NCBI GenBank assembly: GCA_002869275.1
Contig: PKTF01000131.1
Coordinates: 4,892-68,891, forward strand
DNA length: 64,000 nucleotides
Reading direction: 5' to 3'
Source of the DNA: Ignavibacteria bacterium
GTDB taxonomy: Bacteria > Bacteroidota > Ignavibacteria > SZUA-365
A model generated the notes under the pieces. That model saw only the letters and a program-made list of their open reading frames with translations. It searched no databases and was not told the DNA's origin. This document shows, piece by piece, positions 48,352 through 57,838 of this stretch. A program made the position numbers and the translations under genes. Each line of letters opens with the position of its first letter. Within the stretch, counting starts at the first letter, position 1.

Positions 48352-48696
48352 TTGTCTGTCGTTAAATCCATAATGCGTTTCAGGAAGGGAATCGGACTGA
48401 TTGTGGGCACGTCGTACCTCGTACTGACAATCCTCGTTGCATTCCATGTCCATTCACCGCTATCCGCGAACGCCACGGAATACTGCAATCCGCATGCGCA
48501 TGAGGGGCACGCGATGCATGCGGAAGGATACTGTCCGCTCGCCCAGTATGCCGCGCAGGCGTTCCTTGCTCTGCCAGGCAGCGCAGGGGAGGACACGAGA
48601 GACGATCAGGGCTCGACGCAGTTTACCCACCCACCTGCACATCGCTGCACCTCGTGCATCGGCGCGAACGATTCACGCGGTCCCCCTCTGACATAA
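48352..48696 (+). CDS. Small His/Cys-rich single-pass membrane protein (putative metal-binding, DUF2946-like by architecture)
   Basis: One TM helix (GLIVGTSYLVLTILVAF), then HVHSP...YCNPHAHEGHAMHAEGYCPL. Weak coding evidence; the start may be the internal Met at MRFRKG. Confidence 0.35.
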   Translation: MSVVKSIMRFRKGIGLIVGTSYLVLTILVAFHVHSPLSANATEYCNPHAHEGHAMHAEGYCPLAQYAAQAFLALPGSAGEDTRDDQGSTQFTHPPAHRCTSCIGANDSRGPPLT

Positions 48697-48777
48697 TCAT
48701 ATCCATGAAGTAACCCGCGGAGACCTACGGCGGGATTATTGGTTTCTTTTACAGTCATTGTAATGAAAGGTTTGATT

Positions 48778-49230
48778 ATGCGCAGCGTACAGTTTTTCAT
48801 GGTGTTGTTAGTAGCAGTCGTGCTTGTGACCGGTTGCGATGAAGACGATCCGGTGGCACCGCAGGAAGAGCATTTCGAGGCAATCGGCGTGGTGTTATCC
48901 ACCTCCGGGATTCAGCTTGTATCCATCCTGCGTGGTGTCACTGACGACACCCTGCACGCGGAAGTCGGGACAACCGGCGACCACATCACTGTCTCTTTCT
49001 TCAACGAGGATGAGCAGGTCGTCAGTGCTCCCGAGGACACCGAAAAAACGTTGGGATGGGAAATCGCAAATCCTGAGCTGCTCGAAGTACATCAGGATGA
49101 GGGGCATGACGGAGAATTCGAGTTTCACTTTCGCGGACTCAAATCCGGGGAGACGACGATCGAGTTGTTCATCATGCATGCGGGACACTCCGACTTCCGC
49201 TCCGGCCCGATTCCTGTCGTGGTGAAGTAG
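48778..49230 (+). CDS. Hypothetical His/acid-rich lipoprotein
   Basis: Lipobox VVLVTGC. Acidic, His-containing blocks (HFEAIG, GDHITVSFFNEDEQ, HQDEGHDGEFEFHF, IMHAGHSDF). Confidence 0.5.
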   Translation: MRSVQFFMVLLVAVVLVTGCDEDDPVAPQEEHFEAIGVVLSTSGIQLVSILRGVTDDTLHAEVGTTGDHITVSFFNEDEQVVSAPEDTEKTLGWEIANPELLEVHQDEGHDGEFEFHFRGLKSGETTIELFIMHAGHSDFRSGPIPVVVK

Positions 49231-49321
49231 CATCATGTCCACGACGGTTCGGAACTGCTTCCGCCACACGCCCCTGTTGCCATCCACGGGACAACGGTAT
49301 CCATTTGCGTTCCCGGGCGGG

Positions 49322-51550
49322 ATGCGGAAGAGGGTAGTGAGAGTGTTGGCAATACTGCTGTTTCTCGTCTCGAGTGACGCGACCGCGCAGCAGGGAACGG
49401 TACGAGGTGCAACGGTCGACGCTGAGAGCGGGATCGCGGTCCCCGCCGCGTACCTGTTTCTTCATCCTGCCGGACAGCCCGGAGCGGGCCGTGATCTATC
49501 CAGCGCAGAGGACGGAAGTTTCGCTTTCCAGAAGCTCTCCGCAGGGAGATACGTGCTGCAGGTCAGCCGCGCGGGATACAACACTTCCATGATGGAATTG
49601 GATGTGGGCGAAAAGGAGGAGAGCAATGTCCTGCTGTATCTGCAGCCGCATGTATATCAGACTGAACCCGTGGTCGTGACGGGGACGCATATGCATTCTC
49701 GCGTCGAAAACGTTGACGAAATCTCTCATGTGCTGCGGGGTAAGGAGCTGGATCGTGAGCTCGGATTGACACTCGCAGCGACTCTGAAGAATGAGACCGG
49801 CATCGCGATGCGAACCATGGGACCGGCTCCAGCCCGTCCGGTCATCCGCGGACTGGGCGGAGACCGCGTCCACTTGAGTGAAGATGGGAACAAGACCACG
49901 GACTTATCGGCTTCTTCGCCTGATCACGCCGTGACCATAGAACCATTTGCCGTGGAGCGGATCGAGGTGCTGCGCGGGCCGAAAGTTCTCATGCAGTCCC
50001 CGGTTACGATCGGAGGGGTGGTCAACGTTGTGCGCCACGAGATTCCGCAGGATATGCATGGCAATATCATCGGAACAATGGGGATGTACGGTGAGACGGC
50101 GAACGGTGGATTGCTCGGCGCTGCCACGGCTGAGATCCCTGTGCACCAGTTCATGACCCGTGGTGAATTCAGTCACCGGCAGACCGGTGACCTCCGCACG
50201 CCCGAAGGAGTGCTGTCGAATTCCGACAGCCGGACGACAAGTCTTTCCTTCGGCGGCAGCTACATCGACCGTGACAGCTATGCTGGAGCAGCCTATCGCC
50301 ACTTCGACCTGGAGTACGGAATTCCCGGCGGTTTCGTCGGCGCGCATCCAGACGGCGTGACCATCGCTCTCGAGCGCCGACAGGTTAATGCGCGCGCCGC
50401 ACTGGTGTTCGACGCAACACTCGTCCATGACGTGACCCTCCAGCTGAGCCGGGCGTATTACCGGCACAAGGAGTTTGAAGCGACGGGGGCGATCGGCTCC
50501 GAGTTCAGCATCGTGAGTTATCCCGGTCGTATAGCGCTCAGCCACCATTCTCTTGGTCCGTTCACCGAAGGAAGCGCAGGGGTGAACTTCGAGTACCGCG
50601 ATTTCAATGTGGGCGGGTTTGTGTTTACTTCACCGAGCACATCGTTGAATGTCGCTCCCTACGTGTACGAACGCTGGGCCGCCGGTCCTTTCAGTCTGGA
50701 GGCGGCGCTGCGATACAACCATGATGTCATTACACCACTGCGGGAAAACCCTGATGCCCGCACCGGCCATATCCGACAGCGAACCTTCCATACCTGGTCC
50801 GCTTCCACAACACTGTTGTTCGAACTGACCGACATTGTGCATATCGGAATGAACCTCAGCCGTTCCAGCCGGGTGCCGACGATTGAGGAGTTGTTCTCCG
50901 AAGGACCGCATCTCGCAGCGTACTCTTACGAAGTGGGTAATCCCGACCTCGAGGCTGAGCACGGGTACGGGAGCGAACTGTTTCTCTACCACAGATTCAG
51001 CCGGCTGTATTTCAACATCAACTTTTTCAGGAATCAGATGTATTCGTATATCCTCCCGCGCAATACCGGGGAGGTCAATTACGCGACATTTCTTCCGATC
51101 TATGCCACGACGGGGGTTGATGCATTGATCTATGGTGCGGAGGCGCAGGCTGAATTGCTCGTGACAGAAAAACTGTCACTCAACGCTGCGCTGAGTTTCA
51201 GCCGCGGGTCGTTTACCGGAAGTGGAGAGGCGCTGCCGCAGATTCCGCCCATGAAGGGACGTCTGGGAGTGAGCTGGAAGGAAAAGGCCTGGCGAATCGG
51301 AGCGGAGAGCGAGTTCGCTGCGCGGCAGGATCGTGTGGACGAATTCGAAGAGGAAACAGCGGGCTATGCTATCGTAAGCGGGTACGTGCAGTATTCGTTC
51401 ACCACGCAGGGACAGGTGCACAATATTTCCGTTACAGCTGAAAATCTGTTTGACCAGCCGTATCGGAATCATCTGTCACGCGTGAAGGTTATTCTGCCCG
51501 AGGCTGGGAGAAATCTCCGACTGACGTACAAGCTGCATTTCCAGCTGTAG
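49322..51550 (+). CDS. TonB-dependent outer-membrane receptor with N-terminal carboxypeptidase-regulatory-like domain
   Basis: Signal peptide MRKRVVRVLAILLFLVSSDATAQ. CarbopepD_reg-like block (GTVRG...DAESG...A.V...SDENGNF-like), plug domain, 22-strand barrel ending LTYKLHFQL. TonB-box-like region near EPVVVTGT. Confidence 0.75.
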   Translation: MRKRVVRVLAILLFLVSSDATAQQGTVRGATVDAESGIAVPAAYLFLHPAGQPGAGRDLSSAEDGSFAFQKLSAGRYVLQVSRAGYNTSMMELDVGEKEESNVLLYLQPHVYQTEPVVVTGTHMHSRVENVDEISHVLRGKELDRELGLTLAATLKNETGIAMRTMGPAPARPVIRGLGGDRVHLSEDGNKTTDLSASSPDHAVTIEPFAVERIEVLRGPKVLMQSPVTIGGVVNVVRHEIPQDMHGNIIGTMGMYGETANGGLLGAATAEIPVHQFMTRGEFSHRQTGDLRTPEGVLSNSDSRTTSLSFGGSYIDRDSYAGAAYRHFDLEYGIPGGFVGAHPDGVTIALERRQVNARAALVFDATLVHDVTLQLSRAYYRHKEFEATGAIGSEFSIVSYPGRIALSHHSLGPFTEGSAGVNFEYRDFNVGGFVFTSPSTSLNVAPYVYERWAAGPFSLEAALRYNHDVITPLRENPDARTGHIRQRTFHTWSASTTLLFELTDIVHIGMNLSRSSRVPTIEELFSEGPHLAAYSYEVGNPDLEAEHGYGSELFLYHRFSRLYFNINFFRNQMYSYILPRNTGEVNYATFLPIYATTGVDALIYGAEAQAELLVTEKLSLNAALSFSRGSFTGSGEALPQIPPMKGRLGVSWKEKAWRIGAESEFAARQDRVDEFEEETAGYAIVSGYVQYSFTTQGQVHNISVTAENLFDQPYRNHLSRVKVILPEAGRNLRLTYKLHFQL

Positions 51551-51551
51551 A

Positions 51552-54224
51552 TCAGAAGGCGAAGCCCGCGGAAACGTCCACTCGCATTCCATCGCGGGAG
51601 TTGCCGAGTGACGCGCTGATCGTGAAGTCACGTGATACAGGGGCGAGCCAGAGCCCCGCTCCGTATGTCGCATGCCACTGATCTGATTCCTCATCCTCAA
51701 GATAAACGCGCCCGCTTTCGGCGAATGCCAGTATTCCGAGTTCGGATGGGATGATCCAACGCACGTTCGCGAGAAAGCCCCTCCATTCCGCACCGCCATA
51801 AACTGCGGCGTCTCCGGCATAGCGGTTGAGGTCGTATCCCCTGGCGGATTCGATTCCACCGAGAAATGCGGATTCGAAAAAGGGATAATTGCCGCGGTTA
51901 TACTGGCCACCTGCGCGGAGTGCCAGTGTCCAGTCCGTCAGCAGCCTGGCCGAAAGGTAGGTCCGTAGATCGGCGTCAAACGTCTCAAAACGGGAAATGA
52001 GATCAAACAGCTCGGGATAGTGACGAGCTCCGAGACTGAGGTAATATCCGGATGTCGGCCATGTCGCGCTGCTGCGTTGATCGATGGTCAGATCGAGTCC
52101 GACACTCCCGAGTATCATCGGATCGTATCCGTAGGGTTGAATCGTCATGAGATACAGGGCTTCATCATCGGTGTCATTACGGACATGCCGCAGGGAAATG
52201 TCGGTGGAGAGGGTAACCGTCTCACTCAGAAACAGGTGGAGCGCAGAATTCAGGTAGATCTGACTTTGTTTGACGGTATACTCATAGCCCGGATCCTCGA
52301 GCTTGACCGAGTGATTTCCGGCTCCGAAATAGTGCAGGACCTTGAAGTCGGAGAAGCCGGCGGTGAGCGTCACGCTGTGTCTCCGCAGCAATGCCCTCGT
52401 ATCCAGGTTGAATTCCACTTCTCCCAGCAGGCTGGTCGGGGCGAATCCGCCTGTCAGACTCATCCGGTACGCATAGGGATCGCATTTGAAGCCGTACCGA
52501 GTGTATACGGGGCCGCCTCCCAGCAGGATGCCGAGATCGCCGTTGTATGCGCCCGAGATTCCAGGAAGCAGGTCCCACCCCCAGTCGCGCAGGTCAGGTT
52601 CATAGATCTGCTGCGGCGTTTCGGGACTGGGATATTCATTTCTGTCAACAGCGGTTGATGCTCCGCTTGTAATCGCTGTGCGCTTCCCATGATCGTAGAA
52701 ATACGTTTTTGTCTCCGCGCTGGGGATAAACGGGAGGAGTCCCCACAGGCAGCCGTGGACCACGGAGCTGTCGATCAGTCGGTCGCGTCCCGAACCGCCG
52801 AGAACGCGGATGGTCGGACCGTAATCGCTTTCACCGCGCAGAATCGCCACATCGTCGCCGCCTTCCAGATATATCCTGATTTCGTTCGTTTCATCTGCCA
52901 GGTAAACGCGTTCGTGAAAGGGCGGCAGTTCCGGATCCTCCATTGATCGTCCGGCGACGGCGACGCTGCCGTCCGGTCTGCGCATGATCTCCACGAGCTC
53001 ATCTTCCTTGCTGCCGTGAATGTTCACTTCTCGGGCCAGTTCCTCGTAAAAAACACGCACAGCCTCCGGGAGTTTGTCCCGCCGGTTGAGAAGGGTGGAG
53101 AGCAGATGATCGCTTTCCTCACCATGCAGCGCAGCCGGAAGCCTGTTCACGGCATCCGCCAGCAGGTCGTCGGTGAGTACCGACTGCACATGCAGTGCCA
53201 GCGAATCGTACGCGCCACGTGAGAGGGCCGGGAGGTACCGACGATCGAGGTGTCGTCCACTGTAGGTGAGGTATTTGATGCCGGGATAGTCGTTGTCGCA
53301 GCTTTCGATTTGAGGTACCACCACGGTTGACAGCCACGGGATCAGTCCGTCGTACCGGCAGAAGGCCTGGTCGCGGTCTCGCGGAATGGGGTGCCACCAC
53401 CTGATGCCATCCTTTTCGAAGCGCGCCCAGCGCCACTGATCGGTGTGTCGGTCCCAGTCTCCCATGAACATGTCGACGATGCGCGCTTTCAGGTATTCCC
53501 GGGCATCGACCCTCTCGTCGGTGTTTTTTTCCAGTTTTTCGAACATCGTGAATGTTCCCACGACTTTGTCCGATCCACCGAAACCATCGTCGCTGTCCTC
53601 ACGTTCGTCCGGATGCACTTCGAGCATACCCAGGAGACCCGCGAAGGAGGCGCGGAATTCCCCCAGTTCAGGGCTATCGGGCAGAATGACGACCGTGGGC
53701 GCGGCATTGAGCGTTCCCGTGCTTTCAAGTATCGGACTGGCAACGAGTGCCCCGAACGGATTTGCCGTGCTGATCAGATCCTGCATGATATCTGATACGA
53801 ACGTGTTCCTCAGATTTTCTTCCAGGATCTTGGAAGGATCCTTATTCAGCGAACGGAACTTGTACTCGAGTCCGTCCGCTGCTTTGAAACGCAGTGATCT
53901 GGTCTGGAACCCGCCGCCTTTACGGTATGCCCGGAGTCCGCCTGCAAATGCGGAGAGGTCGATAACGGGTACGCGGATGGGGATGGTCCAGTGTGCTCTC
54001 CAGAGGTCGCCGAAAAACAATCGGTGCAGCGTCCCGGCAGCGTATTCCTCTCCGGGAATGACCATACGCCACTCCATGACGTCCACGTCGGGATTGGTCT
54101 GTTCTGGTCGGGTTTCCTGCTGAGCGATCAGAGACGGGTGTCCGACAATGACAATGGCACACAGGATCGGTATGACCTGGCTGAGCAGCTTTCGAAAGCG
54201 ATCCAACGCCTGAGAACTCTGCAT
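51552..54224 (-). CDS. Omp85/BamA-like outer-membrane barrel protein with large unknown N-terminal domain
   Basis: Signal peptide. About 500-aa N-terminal region with Trp/His-rich blocks (MGDWDRHTDQWRWARFEKDGIRWWHPIPRDRD). C-terminal barrel FLGGIESARGYDLNRYAGD ... VDVSAGFAF. Confidence 0.6.
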   Translation of the reverse strand: MQSSQALDRFRKLLSQVIPILCAIVIVGHPSLIAQQETRPEQTNPDVDVMEWRMVIPGEEYAAGTLHRLFFGDLWRAHWTIPIRVPVIDLSAFAGGLRAYRKGGGFQTRSLRFKAADGLEYKFRSLNKDPSKILEENLRNTFVSDIMQDLISTANPFGALVASPILESTGTLNAAPTVVILPDSPELGEFRASFAGLLGMLEVHPDEREDSDDGFGGSDKVVGTFTMFEKLEKNTDERVDAREYLKARIVDMFMGDWDRHTDQWRWARFEKDGIRWWHPIPRDRDQAFCRYDGLIPWLSTVVVPQIESCDNDYPGIKYLTYSGRHLDRRYLPALSRGAYDSLALHVQSVLTDDLLADAVNRLPAALHGEESDHLLSTLLNRRDKLPEAVRVFYEELAREVNIHGSKEDELVEIMRRPDGSVAVAGRSMEDPELPPFHERVYLADETNEIRIYLEGGDDVAILRGESDYGPTIRVLGGSGRDRLIDSSVVHGCLWGLLPFIPSAETKTYFYDHGKRTAITSGASTAVDRNEYPSPETPQQIYEPDLRDWGWDLLPGISGAYNGDLGILLGGGPVYTRYGFKCDPYAYRMSLTGGFAPTSLLGEVEFNLDTRALLRRHSVTLTAGFSDFKVLHYFGAGNHSVKLEDPGYEYTVKQSQIYLNSALHLFLSETVTLSTDISLRHVRNDTDDEALYLMTIQPYGYDPMILGSVGLDLTIDQRSSATWPTSGYYLSLGARHYPELFDLISRFETFDADLRTYLSARLLTDWTLALRAGGQYNRGNYPFFESAFLGGIESARGYDLNRYAGDAAVYGGAEWRGFLANVRWIIPSELGILAFAESGRVYLEDEESDQWHATYGAGLWLAPVSRDFTISASLGNSRDGMRVDVSAGFAF

Positions 54225-54363
54225 GGGGGGGAGCCGTATCTACATGTCACATGAATTGCTTCAATATACAATGAAAATGGAATATCATGTTTTCCCATGC
54301 AAGCATGTGTATCCTCCAGTCTTGTTCTGTATCAGGCAGAAAGTCTATTTTTCACCTGTGACT

Positions 54364-55233
54364 ATGTATAACCTCCACTCGATACGACCTGCCGGCAATG
54401 CCGCCGCCGTGCTCCTGCCAGTCCTGTTGTTCACCGCGATTGTTCTTCCCCTTTTTGTGAGCGGATCCTTCGCTCAGGAGGCGGAGGAACGGGGGATGGA
54501 CGACATCATCATTGATGACGTCATCATCCTCGGAGAGGATGGACTCGGGTACCTGCTCGCACCGTTGAGTTTCTCCGGAAGCGACTGGGCACTGACAGGC
54601 GGACTGCTCGGAGGCGGCGGGCTGCTCTTTGCACTGGATGAAGACATCCAGGCAATACCGAGACGAAACCAGAACGAGGACGTGTTGGACGTCACCCGGA
54701 CATTGAACTGGGGGGGACATCTGCCGAGCGTGGAAATCGGGACGGGCTTCGTCTACCTCACCGGACTGCTCTCGGGAAATGAGGAAATCCGCGTCACGGG
54801 GCGCATGCTCGCACAGACGCTGATTTATTCGGGATCGGTGTATCTCGTTCTGCGCAGGCTTGTCGGACGGAGCCGACCGGAGGTGCGGGAGAGTGCGTAT
54901 GATTTCGGCTTTCTCCGTTCCGGGGATCAGCATTACTCGTTTCCCTCGGGGCATACCGTCGTGGCCGTCTCATGGGCCACGGTGCTTGCGGGACGCTTCG
55001 ACCACTGGGCGGCTTCCTTGCTCCTGTATTCGGCAGCCGGCGCGGTGGGACTGGCACGTATCTACCAGGACTTTCACTGGGCATCCGATGTTTTTACCGG
55101 AGCACTCATAGGATTTTCGGCAGGCATGTTTGTACGCCGGCAGGAAGAGCGCCGCCAGGCGCAGACAGGGGAAACGTCGTCCTGGTCGCTGCTGCCGACG
55201 GGAAACGGATTATCGCTCATTATTCGCCTATAG
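54364..55233 (+). CDS. PAP2-family (type 2 phosphatidic-acid phosphatase) membrane phosphatase
   Basis: KLVGRSRP ... PSGHT ... SRxxxxxHWASD are the three PAP2 motifs. Start chosen at the ATG at 54364 to avoid an out-of-frame overlap with the upstream gene. Confidence 0.7.
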   Translation: MYNLHSIRPAGNAAAVLLPVLLFTAIVLPLFVSGSFAQEAEERGMDDIIIDDVIILGEDGLGYLLAPLSFSGSDWALTGGLLGGGGLLFALDEDIQAIPRRNQNEDVLDVTRTLNWGGHLPSVEIGTGFVYLTGLLSGNEEIRVTGRMLAQTLIYSGSVYLVLRRLVGRSRPEVRESAYDFGFLRSGDQHYSFPSGHTVVAVSWATVLAGRFDHWAASLLLYSAAGAVGLARIYQDFHWASDVFTGALIGFSAGMFVRRQEERRQAQTGETSSWSLLPTGNGLSLIIRL

Positions 55234-55245
55234 AACGGAGCAACA

Positions 55246-55740
55246 ATGAAGACGCTGTATATCGTCCGCCATGCGAAGTCCAGCTGGAAGCATGATAACC
55301 TGACAGATTTCGAGCGGCCGCTCAACAAACGCGGTCACGGTGATGCACCGATGATGGGACGAATTCTGGCTGAACGCGGAACGACGATCGGACTGCTCCG
55401 CAGCAGTCCGGCAAACCGCGCGCTGACCACCGCACGCATGCTGGCGCAGGAGCTGGACTTTCCGCTCGATTCCATCGAAACCGACGAAGGCATGTACGGT
55501 GCCAGTCACCGGCAGCTGTTTGAAACCGTGCGCAGCTTCCCGGATGAGGTTGCTCAGGCGATGATCGTCGGACACAATCCGGGATCACAGCTGTTCGCAG
55601 AGTACCTGACGGATTTTCCTGAAAGCAACCTGCCGACCTGCGGTATTGTCTGCATTGACTTCGAATGCGAACAGTGGGAGAATATCCAGCCCGGCAGCGG
55701 GACGCTCCGTTTCTACGAATATCCCCGACGTCACAAATGA
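55246..55740 (+). CDS. sixA: Histidine-phosphatase family protein (SixA-like phosphohistidine phosphatase)
   Basis: LYIVRHAKS (RHG-type catalytic His) and a second His in MIVGHNPG. Confidence 0.75.
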   Translation: MKTLYIVRHAKSSWKHDNLTDFERPLNKRGHGDAPMMGRILAERGTTIGLLRSSPANRALTTARMLAQELDFPLDSIETDEGMYGASHRQLFETVRSFPDEVAQAMIVGHNPGSQLFAEYLTDFPESNLPTCGIVCIDFECEQWENIQPGSGTLRFYEYPRRHK

Positions 55741-55753
55741 TCACCGAGATACC

Positions 55754-57817
55754 ATGAGCGTTATGAACGAGAGTTCCCCGTTTTTTGACCGTGAATTGAG
55801 CTGGGTGGCCTTTAACGGGCGCGTACTGCAGGAAGCTGCCGCACCTTCGGTTCCGCTATACGAGCGGCTGAAGTTTCTCGCGATATACTCATCCAACCTC
55901 GATGAGTTTTTCCGTGTGCGCGTCGCCGGCATTCGCAGCCTCATGTCTCTGAAAAAGAGCAAACGTGAGAAACTCGCCCTTGACCCCGCGGAATTGCTCC
56001 AACGTATTTACCAGGCCGTCGACCGGCAGCAGGAAGAGTTCGGTCGGATTTTCAGAGAGCTGTTACAGGAACTCGAAGCACACGGGGTGATGCTGATCAG
56101 GGAAGAAGAGGCGCTTTCAGAGAAGCAGATGATCTTTCTCCGGGAGTACTTTCGCGAAAAAATTTCCGCGTTCATCGAGAGTGAAATCCTTGATGATGAG
56201 GACAGTGCTTTTCTTCGGAACAGGGCGCTGTACTTTACCGTCGCGCTTCGCCACCTGAAGGATGAAGACAGGCAGGAGGTCGGAATGGTGACAATTCCTT
56301 CCGACGCCTGTTCGCGTTTTATCGAGCTGCCCGCGCCGGAAGGGGAACACCACATCATATTTCTCGACGACGCGGTGCGGTTCAACCTCGTGAGCCTGTT
56401 TCCGGACCACGATGTTGTCGGGGCGTATGCCATCAAGCTCAATCGCGATGCCGATCTGCACATCGAGGACGAGTTCGCCGGTGATCTCGTCAAGAAAATA
56501 CACCAGGCGCTGCAGCGCCGGGAGACGGGCGTCCCCGCCCGTTTCCTCTACGATCCGGCGATGCCTGCCGACCTGCTTACTTCCGTGCGCAAGCGCTTCG
56601 GGTTGAAGAAGGAAGATCTGTTCCCGGGCGGGCGCTATCATAACTTCCATGATTTCTTCGGGTTCCCGAATCCCCTGGGTGCGGTCGTCAGGGATGAAGA
56701 ACTGCCCGCGCTCGGGTACCCCCCGTTCGATGCGGCGGAAAGCATGTTTGATGCCGTCGCCGAGCGCAGTCATCTCCTGCATTTTCCGTACATGCGCTAC
56801 GGACCGGTGGTACGCTTTCTCGAAGAGGCCGCGTCGGACGCGCACGTCGAGCAGATATCCATCACGCTCTACCGTGTGGCCTCCCACTCCGCGATCGCGG
56901 AAGCCCTCATCGCGGCGGCGGAGAGCGGAAAAAAGGTCAATGTCTTCATGGAAATCAAGGCCCGTTTCGATGAAGAAGCGAACATCTACTGGTCGGAAAA
57001 AATGAAGGAAGCGGGCGTCAACGTCATGTACAGTTTCCCGGGACTGAAGGTGCACGCGAAACTGTACCACATTGTCCGCCGCGAGTCCGGAAAAAAGCGC
57101 GGGTATGCATTTCTGGGTACGGGGAATTTCAACGAGAAGACGGCGGGATTGTACTGCGACCACGGGTACTTCACCGCAAGTCCGGAAGTCCTCAAGGAGG
57201 TCGCGGCCGTATTCGCCATCCTTGCGAAACGAAAGGTCGGATACGAATTCAGCACGCTGCTAGTTGCACAGTTCAACCTTCGGCGTGAATTCAACCGCCT
57301 CATCGATCGCGAGATCGAACATGCGAAGGCCGGCCGCCAGGCGTCGATCATCATGAAGATGAACAGTCTCGAGGATCCGAAGATCATACGGAGGCTGTAC
57401 CGCGCGTCTCAGGCAGGTGTACGTATCACCCTTATCATCCGCGGCATCTGCTGCCTCGTTCCCGGAGTCCCCGGCATCAGTGAGACCATTGTGGTCCGCA
57501 GCATCGTTGACCGCTATCTCGAGCATGCCCGGGTCTATGTTTTCGGGAACGATGGTGATGAAGAAGTGTGGCTCGCCTCGGCGGACATGATGCGCAGGAA
57601 CCTCAACAGGCGGATCGAAGTGGCCTTCCCGGTGCGGGAAGCGGACCTGCGCGCAGAGATCCTCGAAATCATCCGGCTGCAACTGGCCGACAACTCCAAG
57701 GCACGAAGCATCGACAGCGCGCAGATGAACACGTTCATCCGGGACGATTCCGGAACGACCGTGCGGGCGCAGGTCGATACCTGGCGCTTTTTGCATGATT
57801 TTCACAGAGACGCCTGA
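55754..57817 (+). CDS. ppk1: Polyphosphate kinase 1
   Basis: FFDRELSWVAFNGRVLQEA ... LDEFF; two phospholipase-D-like HKD-type domains (VHAKL ... GTGNFN). Start at the ATG at 55754 (the track ORF is N-terminally extended). Confidence 0.9.
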   Translation: MSVMNESSPFFDRELSWVAFNGRVLQEAAAPSVPLYERLKFLAIYSSNLDEFFRVRVAGIRSLMSLKKSKREKLALDPAELLQRIYQAVDRQQEEFGRIFRELLQELEAHGVMLIREEEALSEKQMIFLREYFREKISAFIESEILDDEDSAFLRNRALYFTVALRHLKDEDRQEVGMVTIPSDACSRFIELPAPEGEHHIIFLDDAVRFNLVSLFPDHDVVGAYAIKLNRDADLHIEDEFAGDLVKKIHQALQRRETGVPARFLYDPAMPADLLTSVRKRFGLKKEDLFPGGRYHNFHDFFGFPNPLGAVVRDEELPALGYPPFDAAESMFDAVAERSHLLHFPYMRYGPVVRFLEEAASDAHVEQISITLYRVASHSAIAEALIAAAESGKKVNVFMEIKARFDEEANIYWSEKMKEAGVNVMYSFPGLKVHAKLYHIVRRESGKKRGYAFLGTGNFNEKTAGLYCDHGYFTASPEVLKEVAAVFAILAKRKVGYEFSTLLVAQFNLRREFNRLIDREIEHAKAGRQASIIMKMNSLEDPKIIRRLYRASQAGVRITLIIRGICCLVPGVPGISETIVVRSIVDRYLEHARVYVFGNDGDEEVWLASADMMRRNLNRRIEVAFPVREADLRAEILEIIRLQLADNSKARSIDSAQMNTFIRDDSGTTVRAQVDTWRFLHDFHRDA

Positions 57818-57838
57818 GGCCATGCTGCCTGTGCTGCA

